DNA of 64,000 nucleotides from Mesotaenium endlicherianum (GCA_009602735.1 WELA01003352.1:297185-361184), one strand, 5' to 3'. Positions 1 to 12,839 are shown, counted from the first letter of the stretch. Notes: a model not told the origin generated them from the sequence alone. Made by a program: numbers and translations.

Positions 1-1061
1 TCCCTCCCCCCCCTCCTCCTCCCGCTCCCCCCGCTCCTCCTGCTGCTTCCGCCGCCGCCGTCGCTGCCGCTGCCGCTGCCACTGCCACTGCCGCTGCCGC
101 CGGCGCCAGTGCCGCCGCCGCTGATGCCGTTGAAGCTGCTGCCATCGTCGTCGTCCTGCTCGGGCACGTCGGCCAGCTGCTCGGGCGGGATTTCGCCCTG
201 CCCGTACCTGGCGACCAGCCGCTGGAAGTAGCGGGCGGCGCCCTCGGGCTGCCGCTCCGCCACGTAGATCTCGGCCTCCTGCACCGTCGATTTGATCTCT
301 GCGCCCCACCAGATGGGCACGGTGCCCCTCCGCCACAGGTAGGAGCTGAACGGGTGCGACCTGCCAGGTGTCTCCTCCTGCGCGGGCCACACCAGCTGCT
401 CACACTCGATCTCGTTGCCTGCGTGCCGAGGCGAGCAGCAGTACAATGGACGGCGTCAGTCAGATTCTCCCCAGAGCCCTCATCATCAGGCAAAGTCTTC
501 CCCAGCTCTGACTACAGCTTGAACGACGCTGCAGAGGCATAGGTATTGTCATCTGTCTGCCCACCGACCTGACTACAGGCAGGGCTGGTCTGTCTACCTC
601 CTGAGCGGCAAGTGCCCTCTTGCTTCACCTCCTCCAGCTAAGGGGCGGCTGCGCGAGTCCTCCCAATTCAGGGCCCTTAAACCCTAGCTTGCTCAGGGCC
701 CTCCAACCCTAGGTTGCTCGGGGCCCTCAAACCCTAGCGTGCCTCCAAAGCCCGGGGTTGAAACATTCCCCCCTCATTTATCGTTCCGTTACTTCCCAAA
801 ACACCCCCATTTTGCCCCATCACCCCCAGGGCCCTCGCACTCCCCTTCCCCCCCCCTCCTCTGGACTGTGGTGCTACGGGACTAGCAGAACAGAAGCCCC
901 AGCATTTTTTCTAGTGCTGCTCTCCTCCCTTGCCTGCAGCCCTTGCTCCGTGCAGCCACTGTGGATGTCAACCACAGGTTGCCGGCTGCTGCGACGTCCT
1001 CCCACCACCACGCGCCCCGTGGCGGCAAACCAAAGGCTGCTGGGAGGGGGTGGACAGCAAG

Positions 1062-1095
<34 letters not shown>

Positions 1096-3851
1096 AAGAG
1101 CACGGGAGAGGCGGCGCGTGCAAAGACCTTGGCGTGGTGCAGCATTTGGAGGTGAAACTCGTGCCTGCACACAAAAAAGCCCGCTGCTTGTTCAGGCGAC
1201 GCAAGTCCGTGCGGCAGATCCCAAATGCGGCCAGTGAAGTATTTTGCAAATTTGCCTGCACTGCTGTGTCAACCGTAAACACTTCAGTGCCTTCCTCTGT
1301 CACACTCTCTTGAACATGACCAAAGTCGGCAGCCCGGACAAGCTACGTGCCCTATTAATTTGGGGACGCGTCATGTCCAGGCCAGGCCAGATCAGATGGT
1401 CTAGCACTGAGCACTGAGGAGGTCTGTCAGTGCGGCCTCAGGGCCCCACAGAGGCTCGGGGTTGAGGCTTCACAAACAAACCTCTGGAGATCTGGCAAAC
1501 GCCAACAGCAGCATTGAACTATTTACCTTATATAAATATATATACACATGTATAATATGTACGTCAATGAATATTGTATATATGTACATATGTATATATA
1601 TATATGTATTTATATACATATAAAAGGTAATGCTCGGCAACCACCGCCCGCGCAGCTTGTCGGCAGCGGCGGAGGGATAAGCAAGATTGCTTTACTCGCG
1701 GAAGGGAGGGTCAAAGGGGGCAAGCAGGGAAGTAGGGGAATCGAGGGGGACAGGTTTGTCCCGGGGTCTGTAGGGGGACGGGGAGAGTATACCGTACACG
1801 TGGGGGAGAGGGACGCGCCGGAGCAGAGCCGCCAGGTCGCCCTTGATCATCTGCTGCACCTTGCTCTGGTGGTGGTACTCCTCCCTGAATAATCCCCATT
1901 CCCCGCTCCCCCCCACTACCGCCGCGCTCAGCAAGCAGTCTGGGGGTGTAAGGCGGGGGGNNNNNNNNNNNNNNNNNNNNNNNNNNNNNNNNNNNNNNNN
2001 NNNNNNNNNNNNNNNNNNNNNNNNNNNNNNNNNNNNNNNNNNNNNNNNNNNNNNNNNNNNNNNNNNNNNNNNNNNNNNNNNNNNNNNNNNNNNNNNNNNN
2101 NNNNNNNNNNNNNNNNNNNNNNNNNNNNNNNNNNNNNNNNNNNNNNNNNNNNNNNNNNNNNNNNNNNNNNNNNNNNNNNNNNNNNNNNNNNNNNNNNNNN
2201 NNNNNNNNNNNNNNNNNNNNNNNNNNNNNNNNNNNNNNNNNNNNNNNNNNNNNNNNNNNNNNNNNNNNNNNNNNNNNNNNNNNNNNNNNNNNNNNNNNNN
2301 NNNNNNNNNNNNNNNNNNNNNNNNNNNNNNNNNNNNNNNNNNNNNNNNNNNNNNNNNNNNNNNNNNNNNNNNNNNNNNNNNNNNNNNNNNNNNNNNNNNN
2401 NNNNNNNCCCTTACCCCCTCCCTCTCCCTCTCTCTGTCTTGCTAATGGAAGGGGGCCAATCTTCCCACTCGACTGCTTCTGAAAGTTGAGCAAACCGAGC
2501 CGTCCATGGCTCTACTACTAAGCTTCTCAACTCTTACTTGCGACGCAGAGATCAAGTGTCAGAACACCTGAGCTTCAGCCGCCACTGGAGGGGGGTGGGT
2601 TCACCGGAAGGAAGGGGCATGGCTGGGCGGGAAGGAAAGGGGGTGGGGCTGACAGGAGGGAAGCAGCAGCTACAGTCTGAGGCTGCCGCACGAAGGGAAG
2701 CAGCCAAAGAGAGCCCAGGGCCCCGAGCTCGCGCACGCCAGCTGTCACTGAAACGACGCAAGGGTGGGGGTGCTCTTGATCACACAGAACTGGTGCTCCG
2801 TAACAGCAAGGGCCCGTTCAAACCCATATCCCAGGCAAATTCCTTCCTAAGCGGAGCAAATGCTGGCCGAGCCTTCATCCCCCTTTCCCTTGCCCCTCCC
2901 CTGCAACACCAACCCCCTCCCCCCCGCCTCCCCTCCTCTCCTCTTCTCCTCTCCCTTGGCCCCTTCCCTTTCTTTGAAACCCCCCACACTCCCAACCTCC
3001 AACAGCATACTGCTAGGGGCCTACTCAAATCAATAGCATGACACGTGTCGCAGCTGGGAGCCCACGGGACACAGGGCAGGCTCTCCACCCAAGTACTCTC
3101 AGGAGGAAAGGCAGCGCCATAATTAGCACCACGGCTTCTTGGTACCCTTGACCGGCGGTGCGTTCGCATAGCACGGTGCAGGCGCCGTTGCATGCCACGT
3201 TTGGCACGCATGCATGAAGGCAGGTGACAGGTGGCAAGCGACAGGTGCGCATGTGCATTGACAAGTGCGCAGTCCGCAAACCAGGGGCAGTGCATGCAGT
3301 GCAGCAACAACAGCGTCGGCAGAGCGCGCGCGTGGAATCTGCTGACCTGTGCTGGAGGCGGCGTTGAGCCCGCGCGCCAGGTAGCGCGTGCCGGGGTGCA
3401 GCCGGCTGCGCCTTGCTGTCTGCGTCACGACGATCGCGTCTCCGCTGGCGCTGAGGAAGCCCCGGCTCTCCGCCATCCCCTGCAGCTCGTCAGAACCCAA
3501 CCCCCCCGCCCAAACAACAGGGATAGCTGACGAGTTCAGACGGGCTGAGGCGAGAAAAAGAAACAGGCGAAGGAGACAGCAGCACCTGTGATTGACGACA
3601 GACTGACAGGACTTGACCGGCTGACTTGGCTGATAGACTCAGCGACGGACTGCCTGGCAGACTGACTGACTGACGGGCAGACCAACTGACCGGCCTATTC
3701 GTTTATGGACCGAGTGGCTGACTGGCGTACTATCCGCTGATTGCCTGTCGTCAAGTTGACAAAAAAAGACGGTGGCTCGCCGCGGAGGAGCAAGGCATCC
3801 CGCAAGCGCTGCTCTATGACAAGTACCACGCATCCCTTGCTACACACTATG

Positions 3852-3882
<31 letters not shown>

Positions 3883-6800
3883 GGGGCCCAAGTGATCATC
3901 GTGGCCCACAGAGCTGTCAGCGTGGGCAGACCAGAAGTCAAAGAACTTGCTCTCTGTGCGTGCAAGTCTGACCCATGCACTTTACCCCCATCGAAATCCC
4001 CCCCCCCCCTCNNNNNNNNNNNNNNNNNNNNNNNNNNNNNNNNNNNNNNNNNNNNNNNNNNNNNNNNNNNNNNNNNNNNNNNNNCCCCCCCCTTTCTCTC
4101 CCGCTCCTTCCGTTGTGCATGTGTGCGTGCGTCCATGCGTGCGTGCCAGGTGGGCACGTTCCACTCGGTGGGCGTGCAGGTGCTGCGGGACTCCATTGCG
4201 CAGCGGCCCGACCTGCAGCTGAACGACAACCTGGCCATCTTTGACACCTCCGACTGCGAGCGCATCCTCAAGGCCATCCTCAGCGAGGTCTGTCTCTCCG
4301 ACGTCCCTCCTCGTTCTCTCCCCGCTCCAGGCTCACACCAAAGGCGTCGGAGGTTGCGGGAGGGACGTAGGGGGGGCAGATGGGGATCCGGGGGGGCATG
4401 GGAAGGGGTCCCGGAAGGTAGGGGGCCCAGAGGGAGAAGAGAGAGGGGGGGTTGGGCGGGGGTGGGAAGTTGGGAGTGGGGATTATTTAGCGGGGTGTGG
4501 GGAGGGGCAGTGAGGGTAGCGTATGGGGGGAAGCCTTGTGAGAACAATGCAGGGCCAGCCAAGGATTGGGCTCTGTCGGCAATGGGGTTTGGGTGTCAGG
4601 CCTCTGACGGCACCAAGGTGCTGCTCGAGCTTCCGGCCGTATCCTCCCAGTCCCCCTGCGTGGAGCTTGAGGGGCTGTCCCGCGTCGCCTCTGCGGAGCC
4701 CTTCGGGACTCCCGTCATGAACGGCGTGGGCGGGTTGCCACGCACGGTAGCGCAATACCAAAGCTTTCATCTCTGCTCGGCTCTACGGAGCTCTCTCTCC
4801 CTGTGCTCTTGCGTCCTCTGCCGGTCCGATTCTCCCTCTCTCTCTCTCACCCGCTGTCTCCCTCACTGGGCGCACGCCACCGGAACGACCTGGCATCGCG
4901 GGAGGTCAGTCCTGAGAGATGGGTGGCGGGCAAGAGGCTAGGCGAGATGCTGCTGGCGGGGGGAGAGGTACTGGAGGAGCAGGCTGCTGCTGTTCGCCTG
5001 GTGCTTGGCCTAGCTCGCATGCCCCGGAGGTTCGTCGCACGGCCCGGGAGTCTCGCCCCGCAAGCGTTGGGGGTCTTGTTGCACCACCATGCTTCCTGTT
5101 GCTCTTTGCATGCCTGTGCCTCCTCCTCATCCCTTCTTTTCTCCTCTTTCTCCTCCTCTTCCTCCTCTCCTTTCTTCTTCCTCGTCCTCTTTCGCCTCCT
5201 CCGCCTCCTGTGCCTCCCTTCCCCGCCTCCTCCATGTGTTCCTCCTTCGCCTCACCCTCCCCCTCCCCCTCCTCCTCCTCCTCCCAAGAGAGCCCCCTGT
5301 GCTTTAAAGGACTGCAAATGTGTACCCTCCAGAGCTATCAGAGCTGCAGACAAACTCACCCGGGGAACAGAACGATGTAGAACGCAAAGCTTCTTTCTGA
5401 GAAAGAAGTGCCCACCATTTAGTGCCGCAATTTGGCTGGGGTAAAAGCGAGCGATTGTGTGGTCCTCACCAACACCAAAATATATGGCGTTGCACACACT
5501 CATTGTGTGCCTAGACCTCCCAAGTGCCGGACCTTCACACCTCACTCTCCAGGCAGCCAGCCCAGGCAGACGTCTGTATTGACGAGTCAGAGTGCCAGGT
5601 GGCTAAAACTGGCCACATCGTATCTCTCTATCTTTCTCTTTCACAGTGTGTGAGATAGAGAGAGTGTGTAATGCTCTATGGGTAACATTGACGAGAAATT
5701 TTCTATTCCCTCAAGCCACTAACTCCGCTAGCCCCCAGCGCACTTCTCAGGAGCGTTCACCTCCGGCAAAGAACTGAGTTTCTAGGAGATAAACTGGACA
5801 GCTGTCAGAGTTCCAGCAGCTGACACCTCCCTGTGTCCCCGGCCAGCTGTAATGGTAGCCTTTGCAGAGTGAGTCAAAGGTACGCCTTAATGGTAGTAGG
5901 TGCTCGACACATGTCGGCAACAGCCACCATCTTTGATGTGGTGCTTCTGTAATCAGTGGTGGAAGTAGTGCTTACGATTCCCACCTACTCGAGAGCGAGG
6001 AGGGGTGTACGGTGGAGGGTGTATTTGGGGCGGGGTGGATATGGGGTGAATTTGAGGTGGGTGGGGAAGGATGGGGGGGGGTGTGAGGTGTGAATGTACT
6101 GTTGCTAGGAGGAGGCAAGAAGGAAGTCTGGGGGCGCGTTCACACCTGCAGGAGTACAACGCAGTGTTGCCCGAGGCCAATGGCTCTGAAAGGGGCCGAC
6201 AGCCACTCGTTCCACACAAACTCTGCATCTGGCCTGTCCACTGGGAAGGGGCTGGGGAAGGGCCGGGAGATGTCCCTGGTGTCGCAGAAGTAATGCACGT
6301 CATTAATGAGAATGTCGGCGAGATCTGCAGCGTTCTTCAGCTCTGCCTTGGGCTGAGGCTGGGGGTTCCTCAGAGGGACCTTGATCCACTGGCTGTCTGC
6401 CACTGTGTAAACAGTATCCCCCCCTGGCAGGTACTGTATAGACTGCCTGAGCCTGGTCGCCACGAGGAGCAACCCCACGCTGCCAAGTGGCGCATATCCG
6501 AGGATGGCCTGAGCATATACCCTGCTCTTCACCAAGTGTTGGGAGCCAGCTGTGACGTACAGCAGTGCCTCGACTTCAGTCCTGAAGACGTCAATTCCGG
6601 GACGCCCCGAGTACCCTAGAGCGCCTGTTGTCGGGTCAATAGATATCACTTGCGTGCTGCTGAGACGAGCAAGACTGGCGACTATGTAGAACTCCCCAAA
6701 CTCCAACTCCACCACCAGAATGCGAGTGTCGCGGCCTTTCAGGCCTGCACAGTACTTCCCCAGTGTATGAGCTTAAAACTCCCGTAATCCGCACATAACT

Positions 6801-6961
6801 GCCAAATTGTTTAGCTGTACATCGGGCCCAACAAGTACACTTCTTATTTGTAAGTCAATAAGCCACTTGGAAGCATGCTAGTGTACTCAGGGGATACCTT
6901 CAATTAAGCAATAAAGGGGAGCCAGATACTTGGGAATTGGCTTACCTGAGGCGGAAGTCAT
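1..6961 (-). CDS. SAC9: SAC9-type phosphoinositide phosphatase, 5' part (runs off window start)
   Basis: Exons with GT-AG ends and compatible phases: 6961-6946 (MTSAS), 6744-6146 (GLKGRDTRILVVELEFGEFYIVASL...QVISIDPTTG...HYFCDTRDISRPFPS...EFVWNEWLS...HCVVLLQ), 3479-3347 (GMAESR...ARRSRLHPGTRYLARGLN), 418-<1 (GNEIECEQLVW...SYLWRRGTVPIWWGAEIK). These motifs match plant SAC9 as I recall it. Confidence 0.95.
668..742 (+). repeat. 3 x 25-bp tandem repeat containing AACCCTAG (telo-box-like)
   Basis: tcagggcccttaaaccctagcttgc / tcagggccctccaaccctaggttgc / tcggggccctcaaaccctagcgtgc. Confidence 0.85.
1064..1093. repeat. (GA)n microsatellite
   Basis: Pure GA run. Confidence 0.95.
1527..1622. repeat. 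Degenerate (TA)n microsatellite
   Basis: tatata/tatgta-rich run. Confidence 0.8.
3852..3880. repeat. (TGC)n microsatellite
   Basis: Pure TGC run. Confidence 0.9.
4150..4287 (+). pseudogene. Isolated exon of a UvrD/PcrA/Srs2-type SF1A helicase, antisense within SAC9 intron 2
   Basis: cag|VGTFHSVGVQVLRDSIAQRPDLQLNDNLAIFDTSDCERILKAILSE|gt, 138 nt, phase 0/0. GTFHS followed by the I-x-D-x-x-D segment is typical of UvrD-family helicases. No other helicase exons seen in the window. Confidence 0.75.
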
Positions 6962-7661
6962 GCTTTAGGTGAGCCCTGATGTTGCAGAAATCCTTAACTA
7001 AACTTCACGAATCCAATCGAGCAGATTCATGATTCCAAGTAGTCTTGCTCGTCAATCATCTGCTGGAATCACAATCCCTACAGCTCAATGCCCGAATTCC
7101 AAAGCATTAAGCTGAAAAGCGTTCACTTCTTAAGCACACATAACCAAGCGGATCCTTCTTCATACGACTTGTACTAAGTTCTTTTTCACGTAGGCGTTTC
7201 GGGCAAACTTAAGCAGCTGTATTCATGGCACATACAGCTGTCCTAGTTCACGTGTTTTGCCTTATTGAAAGGCACCACCTTTTTGCTCCTCTTGAATCTG
7301 GTGCCTTCAGCCTGCCTTCACCAGCTTATCGTTGGTTTGCAAGCATATATAGTTTGTCAAGTTCTATATCTCACAATCCCGATGCTAGTGTGGTCAACAT
7401 CACCCTTGGCATCGAAAGGACATGCCATGTGGTTGATGAAGCCCCGTTGCAACTCTGCAGCAGCTCTGGAACAGCCTGCAGATCGCTGCAGAATCAGCGC
7501 GCTTTTTGAATATGTTGGGAAGGCATGGCCACGCGAACCGACGAGGCATTAATGGTCGTCAAGCTGTCGATAACGTTCGACAGATTGCTTTTGTAGGAAG
7601 AAACCTCAGTCATCCCCTTCAGATTTTTACACGCGTAGCAAGAGTCTCTTGACTCGATTAT

Positions 7662-9189
7662 TGTCGCGACTGCTATCCACTTGACGGTGCCGCACGCGCA
7701 GCGCAAGTCACGGCCGCCCAGGTACGGGAAGTCAGCATTGACTCACCGACCAGAGGACCGAGTCAGCAGTCATGTTGAAGTCGTTGTCACTGTCAAAGTG
7801 GTCTCGACACGTCACACCCATGCCCAGGATGGGATGGGGATGTGGACCAAGTGGTCAGCCAAAAGGCTAGGGACACGGAACCAGCAATGAGCCAGACTAG
7901 CAAGTGCCAAGAAAGGTACTGATCAATCGGCTATCCAAGCCAAGTACAGCAGGGATGTTGCAAAGGGCGTTGTGTGCCGCCTCGGCTAGGCCCTCAGGTG
8001 ACTGGTCACGGCCTGAGCGTTCATCCTAAACGCTGTCAGCCAGCCACGTAGGCGTGATTGTCAGCTGGAAGGCTAAGTGGTCACGCGCTACAATCCCAAT
8101 GCAATGCGTGCATGCATGCTGGATGACAACTTCTAAGCGGTGAGAGAACTGCCAGGTAAGGACGGCATGCAAGCCAAGCACGGTGGCTAAGCATTGGCAT
8201 TCTCGAGAGAGGATAATGTGTGGTGCCTGTGGAAGGCACGAGCCCTGCCTGAAGCTGCCTCATTCTTGCCCGCATCGTTGTCAAAGGAAGCTAAAGAAGC
8301 AGAAGGAGCGCGAAGAAGAAGGAGTTCCCAAGGCCATAGAAGAGCCAGGGCGCCACGCTTCTGCCGACGCTGGAAGATTTCGTCCTAAAGTGTATCATAG
8401 AAAGGTTAGACCTCAGGAGTTCCCAAGAGAGGATCTCGCTGGTAGTAAGTAGAGAGCTGCAGAATAGAATCTGTTAGGAGATTAGCACAGATTTGGGTCA
8501 AACGCCACCAGCGTGCGAAGGTCACTTAAGATGGTGAGTGCTGTGTTAATTTCTAAGTTCTCAGAAGTCTCCATTGTCGAATTGCTGATAGCAAGAGTAG
8601 TATTAACAAGTGAAAGCTCTCAGTGAAGAACTGAGTGAGCCCAGCCAAGCAGTGAAGAGCTGTTAAGGCGCGGTGTTGAGCAAAGAACTCAGACCAGGCC
8701 AGCATAGATGTGTAGTTCAGAGTTTTGTAAGCTGTGACTCGTGGAAGTTAAGCGAAAGCCTTGAAGGGCGATTTTCTCTGAACTTGACATTGCCTGTTAA
8801 GTTACTTAGACGTGATTTTTGCAAACTACCAACCTGTTCATTCTGTAAACCCTCAACTTGGGCAAAAGCCTGTGTGGAAGTAAGACATTTCTGTCCTTGT
8901 AAGGGAAACTGAAGATAAGCTATCTCTTTCAAAATTTCTGCTAAGTGTTGAATGAGGAACTGGTTGAACATGGGAAGCACTGAGTATGGGATGCCCACGG
9001 CATGATGCAAGTGCAGGTAGACCAGGAATGGGTCAAACCCCAACCAGACTGTCACCGACACACGTGCAAGGGACGATCAACCCGGTCGATTCCCACGTGC
9101 AGCGACACACCGACACGTCAACCAAGTTGAAGGCACACGTGCTGAGAAGCCACGCACGCGCCAGGGGTCCGACACTGTTAGGCACGACA
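7662..9189 (+). mobile_element. LTR (solo, or 5' LTR of a deleted element), copy 1
   Basis: TGTCG...CGACA termini; TTAT on both sides (7658-7661, 9190-9193); colinear similarity to 9259-10817; PBS-like motif just downstream. Confidence 0.85.
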
Positions 9190-9194
9190 TTATT

Positions 9195-9211
9195 TGGCGA
9201 CGCCATTGGGG
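9195..9211 (+). other. Putative primer-binding site (tRNA-Arg-like, Tat/Ogre type)
   Basis: TGGCGACGCCATTGGGG begins 5 nt after the LTR end. It matches 15 of 17 positions of the complement of plant tRNA-Arg(ACG) 3' end as I recall it (TGGCGACTCCACTGGGG). Confidence 0.55.
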
Positions 9212-9258
9212 TATTCTGAGTGATTCGTCGTCAATTACTATTAATTTGTAAGAAAGTC

Positions 9259-10817
9259 TGTCGCGACTGCTATCCGTTTGATGGTGCCGCACACGCGCAG
9301 CGCAAGTCGCGGGCGCCCAGACACGGACAGTCAGCGTTGACTCACCAACCACACGAAAGAGTGACTGCAACGCTGCTGCAACGAGTAAAATCGACACTCA
9401 GCAATGGGTGAGGTTTGACAGGCAATTCAGCTGTAAAGCTATCTAAGTTGGGACCAGCGAATGGTATATGTCAGCGGGTAAGGCAACACCGACTGAACAG
9501 CAAACTTGGCAATGCCAAGTCAAGGAAGCTGTATGAGTATGTGTGCCACTTCAGCTAAGACCTCTTGTGTGACAGCCGCAACTTGGGCGTCTACCTCGAG
9601 TGTTGCGAGCTCTCGGGCCACGCAGGCATGATTGCTGACTGAGAAGCCAAGCAGTCACGCGCGACAGTCACAAGGCATGCATGCACGCTAAGTAACGAAT
9701 ACTAAGCTAGATTCTTGCAAGCCAACCGACATGCAAGCCAACCGCTGTGACTAAGCGTTGGAGTTCTCGAGAGAGGACGACATGCGTGGTGCCTGGATAA
9801 GGCACGAGCCTTGCACGAACTTGCCTCATTCTTGCCCTCACATTTTGCCAAGAAGCATAAGGGAGCGCGGGAGCGGAAGGAGAGGAGAAGAAGAAGCGCG
9901 AAGGAGAAGGAGTTCCCAAGGCCACAGAAGAGTCGAGAAGCCACGCTTCTGCCGACGCTTGAAGATTTCCTTCTCATTGTATCATATAAAGTCAAAGCTA
10001 GGAGTTCCCAAGGAGGGATCTCGCTTGTAGGAGTTAGAGAGCTTGCATGATAGAATATACTAGGATTGCTAGCACATATCTGGACCAAACACCACACACG
10101 TGCGAAGAGCACATAAAATGGTGAGTGCTGCATTAGTTTCCAAGTTCTGAGAAGTCTCAATTGTCAAATTGCTGATAGCAAGAGCAGAATTAACAAGTGA
10201 AGCTCTCAGTGATAAATAGAGCGAGCCTAGCCGGCAGTGTGAATCATTAAGGCGTGGTGTTGAGTGAAGTGCTCAAGCCAGGCCAGCATAGATGCCATAG
10301 TTTTATAGTTTTGTAAGCTGTGACTTGGTGAAAGTTATGCGAAAGCCCTGGTGGGCGATTTTCTCTGAACACTGGCGTTGTGTGTTAGACGTGATTTTTG
10401 CAAACTACAAATATGTTCATTTGTGTAAACCCTCAACTTGGGCGAAAGCCTATTTGGAAGTAAGACGCTTCTGTCCTAAGGAAGATCGGAGTATGAGAAA
10501 CTTTTTGCAAATTCACTAAGTCCTTAACTAGAAAGGACGGAGAACCAGCTCGGTGTGAAAACACTAAGTGCTGATTCCCCTCACTGGATGGTGTAAGTGC
10601 AGACAGACCAAAAATGGGTCAACTACAGTCAGCCTGCCACCGACACACGTGCAAAGGTCAATCGACGAGGTTGATTCCCCACGTGCAGCGATGTACCGAC
10701 CAGTCGACCACAGACCACTCACACGCGAGGAGGGCCACCGACACGTCAACCAGGTTGACGGCACACGTGCTGAGAAGCCACACACGTGCCCAGGACCCGA
10801 CGCTGTTAGGCACGACA
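9259..10817 (+). mobile_element. Solo LTR, copy 2
   Basis: TGTCG...CGACA termini; 4-bp TSD AGTC (9255-9258, 10818-10821); same family as 7662-9189. Confidence 0.88.
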
Positions 10818-12839
10818 AGTCGCCTTCCATCGTTATAGTTTTATCAGCAACAAAAGTTTATAACTTAGAAAAGTTGTTCACTTCTGATCCAAAGAAACAT
10901 GCAAATCGACGACGCTTGAAGGACTTGTTGGTTAAGATGTTGGCGCCGGTCGACGCCAGTCGACGCCGTTCAACAGGTTTGTGTGTCACAAGCAATTTCA
11001 AGTAATTTATTATCTCAATCATGACTCATCCCTTCACATTTTACACGCGGTCGCAAGGGTATGTTGACTCGACTATTCACGCAATTAATTTGTCGCAAAT
11101 GAATGTTGCAAGAGAAGTAGCCTTCTAGTTTCAGCAACAACCTTTCATTTCCTAGAAAACTTGTTCATGCACTTCTCACACGAAAAGACGAAATTATTGA
11201 CAGCAATTTAACTTAATCACCATATGAATTTGAGGGGTGCCTCATATATAGGGAAAGAAATCCACAAACACACGAAGTTTTGTGGAAAGTGATATGATTT
11301 GTAAATACATAGATGGACAAATTTTTAGATGAACAATGCCTCTTCAAGCCACATGACACTTAGATGAATGGTCTAAGCAACAAAGAGAAATCAATCACTC
11401 AAGTGTCTTACAAGCATGTACCTGTTGCTCACTCTTTGCTGTTAGGTCAATTCTAGAATGGATGCATCATGCCTCAAACACCACCATATGATATTAAAAA
11501 TATACTGCGCACCTTAAAGTACTCTTTGAGTGTCCCTCGATTTACATGGATGCCTTATGAATACCTTGATCGACTCTTGAGCAGCCACATAAATAGAGAT
11601 CTTGCATGAAGTGAGACTATGTGCAATATACTACCTTAAAAGTTTGGTCCAATTGGGCTTTCCAAGCAATATGAATGATAACATATCACCTTAGGTCACC
11701 TTATTGTATGCGTATAAAAAGACTGAACAAAGGTAACCACTTCCGTACCATCTTTTAAACTTCTACTAGCCAAATTCCAGGCAATGATTACGAGCAAGCT
11801 TAAACTTCATCACATTGCAAAAAATCTATTGCCAAGCTATATGGCTGGTGTCGGCCTATCCACTTTGGTACATTGTGATAACAACGAAGACCTTTTTGTA
11901 AACACATCAAGGGTTACGTAAGTCTCCGTTCTCACAAGTAGAGAGGGATAATTTATGAACACATCCCTCTTAAGTTGTGACCACAATCACCATGTGACAT
12001 AGTCTGCCACCGTGTGCGAAGGCGAGGGCTCTAATCCTCACTAGTATCAATAGCATGATGTTCACACAAAAGCTGGTTGATTTGCACTTGTTTTGATACC
12101 TTCTCTCGATTCTACACCAGCTATAGTGGTACCAAGGAAACGTGAGTTGCAACTTGGGAATGGCAGCCCTATGCTCAATACCTGCCTACTTCTAACTTGC
12201 TGTAGAGAGGATTGAAAAAAACTTAGTGACTATCAAGAACATCAATACCAATCATCAACTATGATGATGATTATACCTTCGCCAATCTGAGTCTCATATA
12301 CTAAATCCAGCTCAGAACCTGAAATGTTAATATTCGTTATTCCACTTTCCTTGGCCAAAGAGGTTTACATGCAGGACAGAAAAGAGCCTGAAGGTCACAT
12401 TAAGACTGCTGCAAAAAATCCCAATGGTGTTGGATTACATCAATTAATTTATGGACACTGTGGGCAAGCTTCATGGGGGCAAGCTTCATGTCAGTACTTT
12501 TTGCACAAAAGGTGAGCACTCTCCGCTGTGTGGTCCAGGCTCAATCACGCGAGATGCCCAGAGGTTCGTAATATACCCAAAGCTTCGGGAAAAGATGGAA
12601 ACAGAAGGTATGGGCCAGGCTCTCGTATAGCTTTTTAGCAGAAGGTTTTATACCTGCCACTAGCATATTTACAATTTTTGCCTACAGACTAACCTTGCTA
12701 CACAAAAGTTTTATTTTCCTCATCTTAAGTATGCACAACGCTAATCTCCTATCTCACGTACTTTACATGACATGCTTTATATACAAACACAGCAACCCTC
12801 CAGCTCTGTGAACAAGGTTACGGACCTCACTGGACAAGC

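Noticed and set aside
1711..2493. Long ORFs through N-gaps (also ~3840-4240, 25247-26062, 43963-44401, 63272-63974)
   Set aside because: Their length comes from the N runs; only the separately modelled exons are supported.
7662..10817. One full-length LTR retrotransposon
   Set aside because: The outer flanks do not match (TTAT vs AGTC), only 69 bp lie between the LTRs, and LTR 2 has its own TSD.
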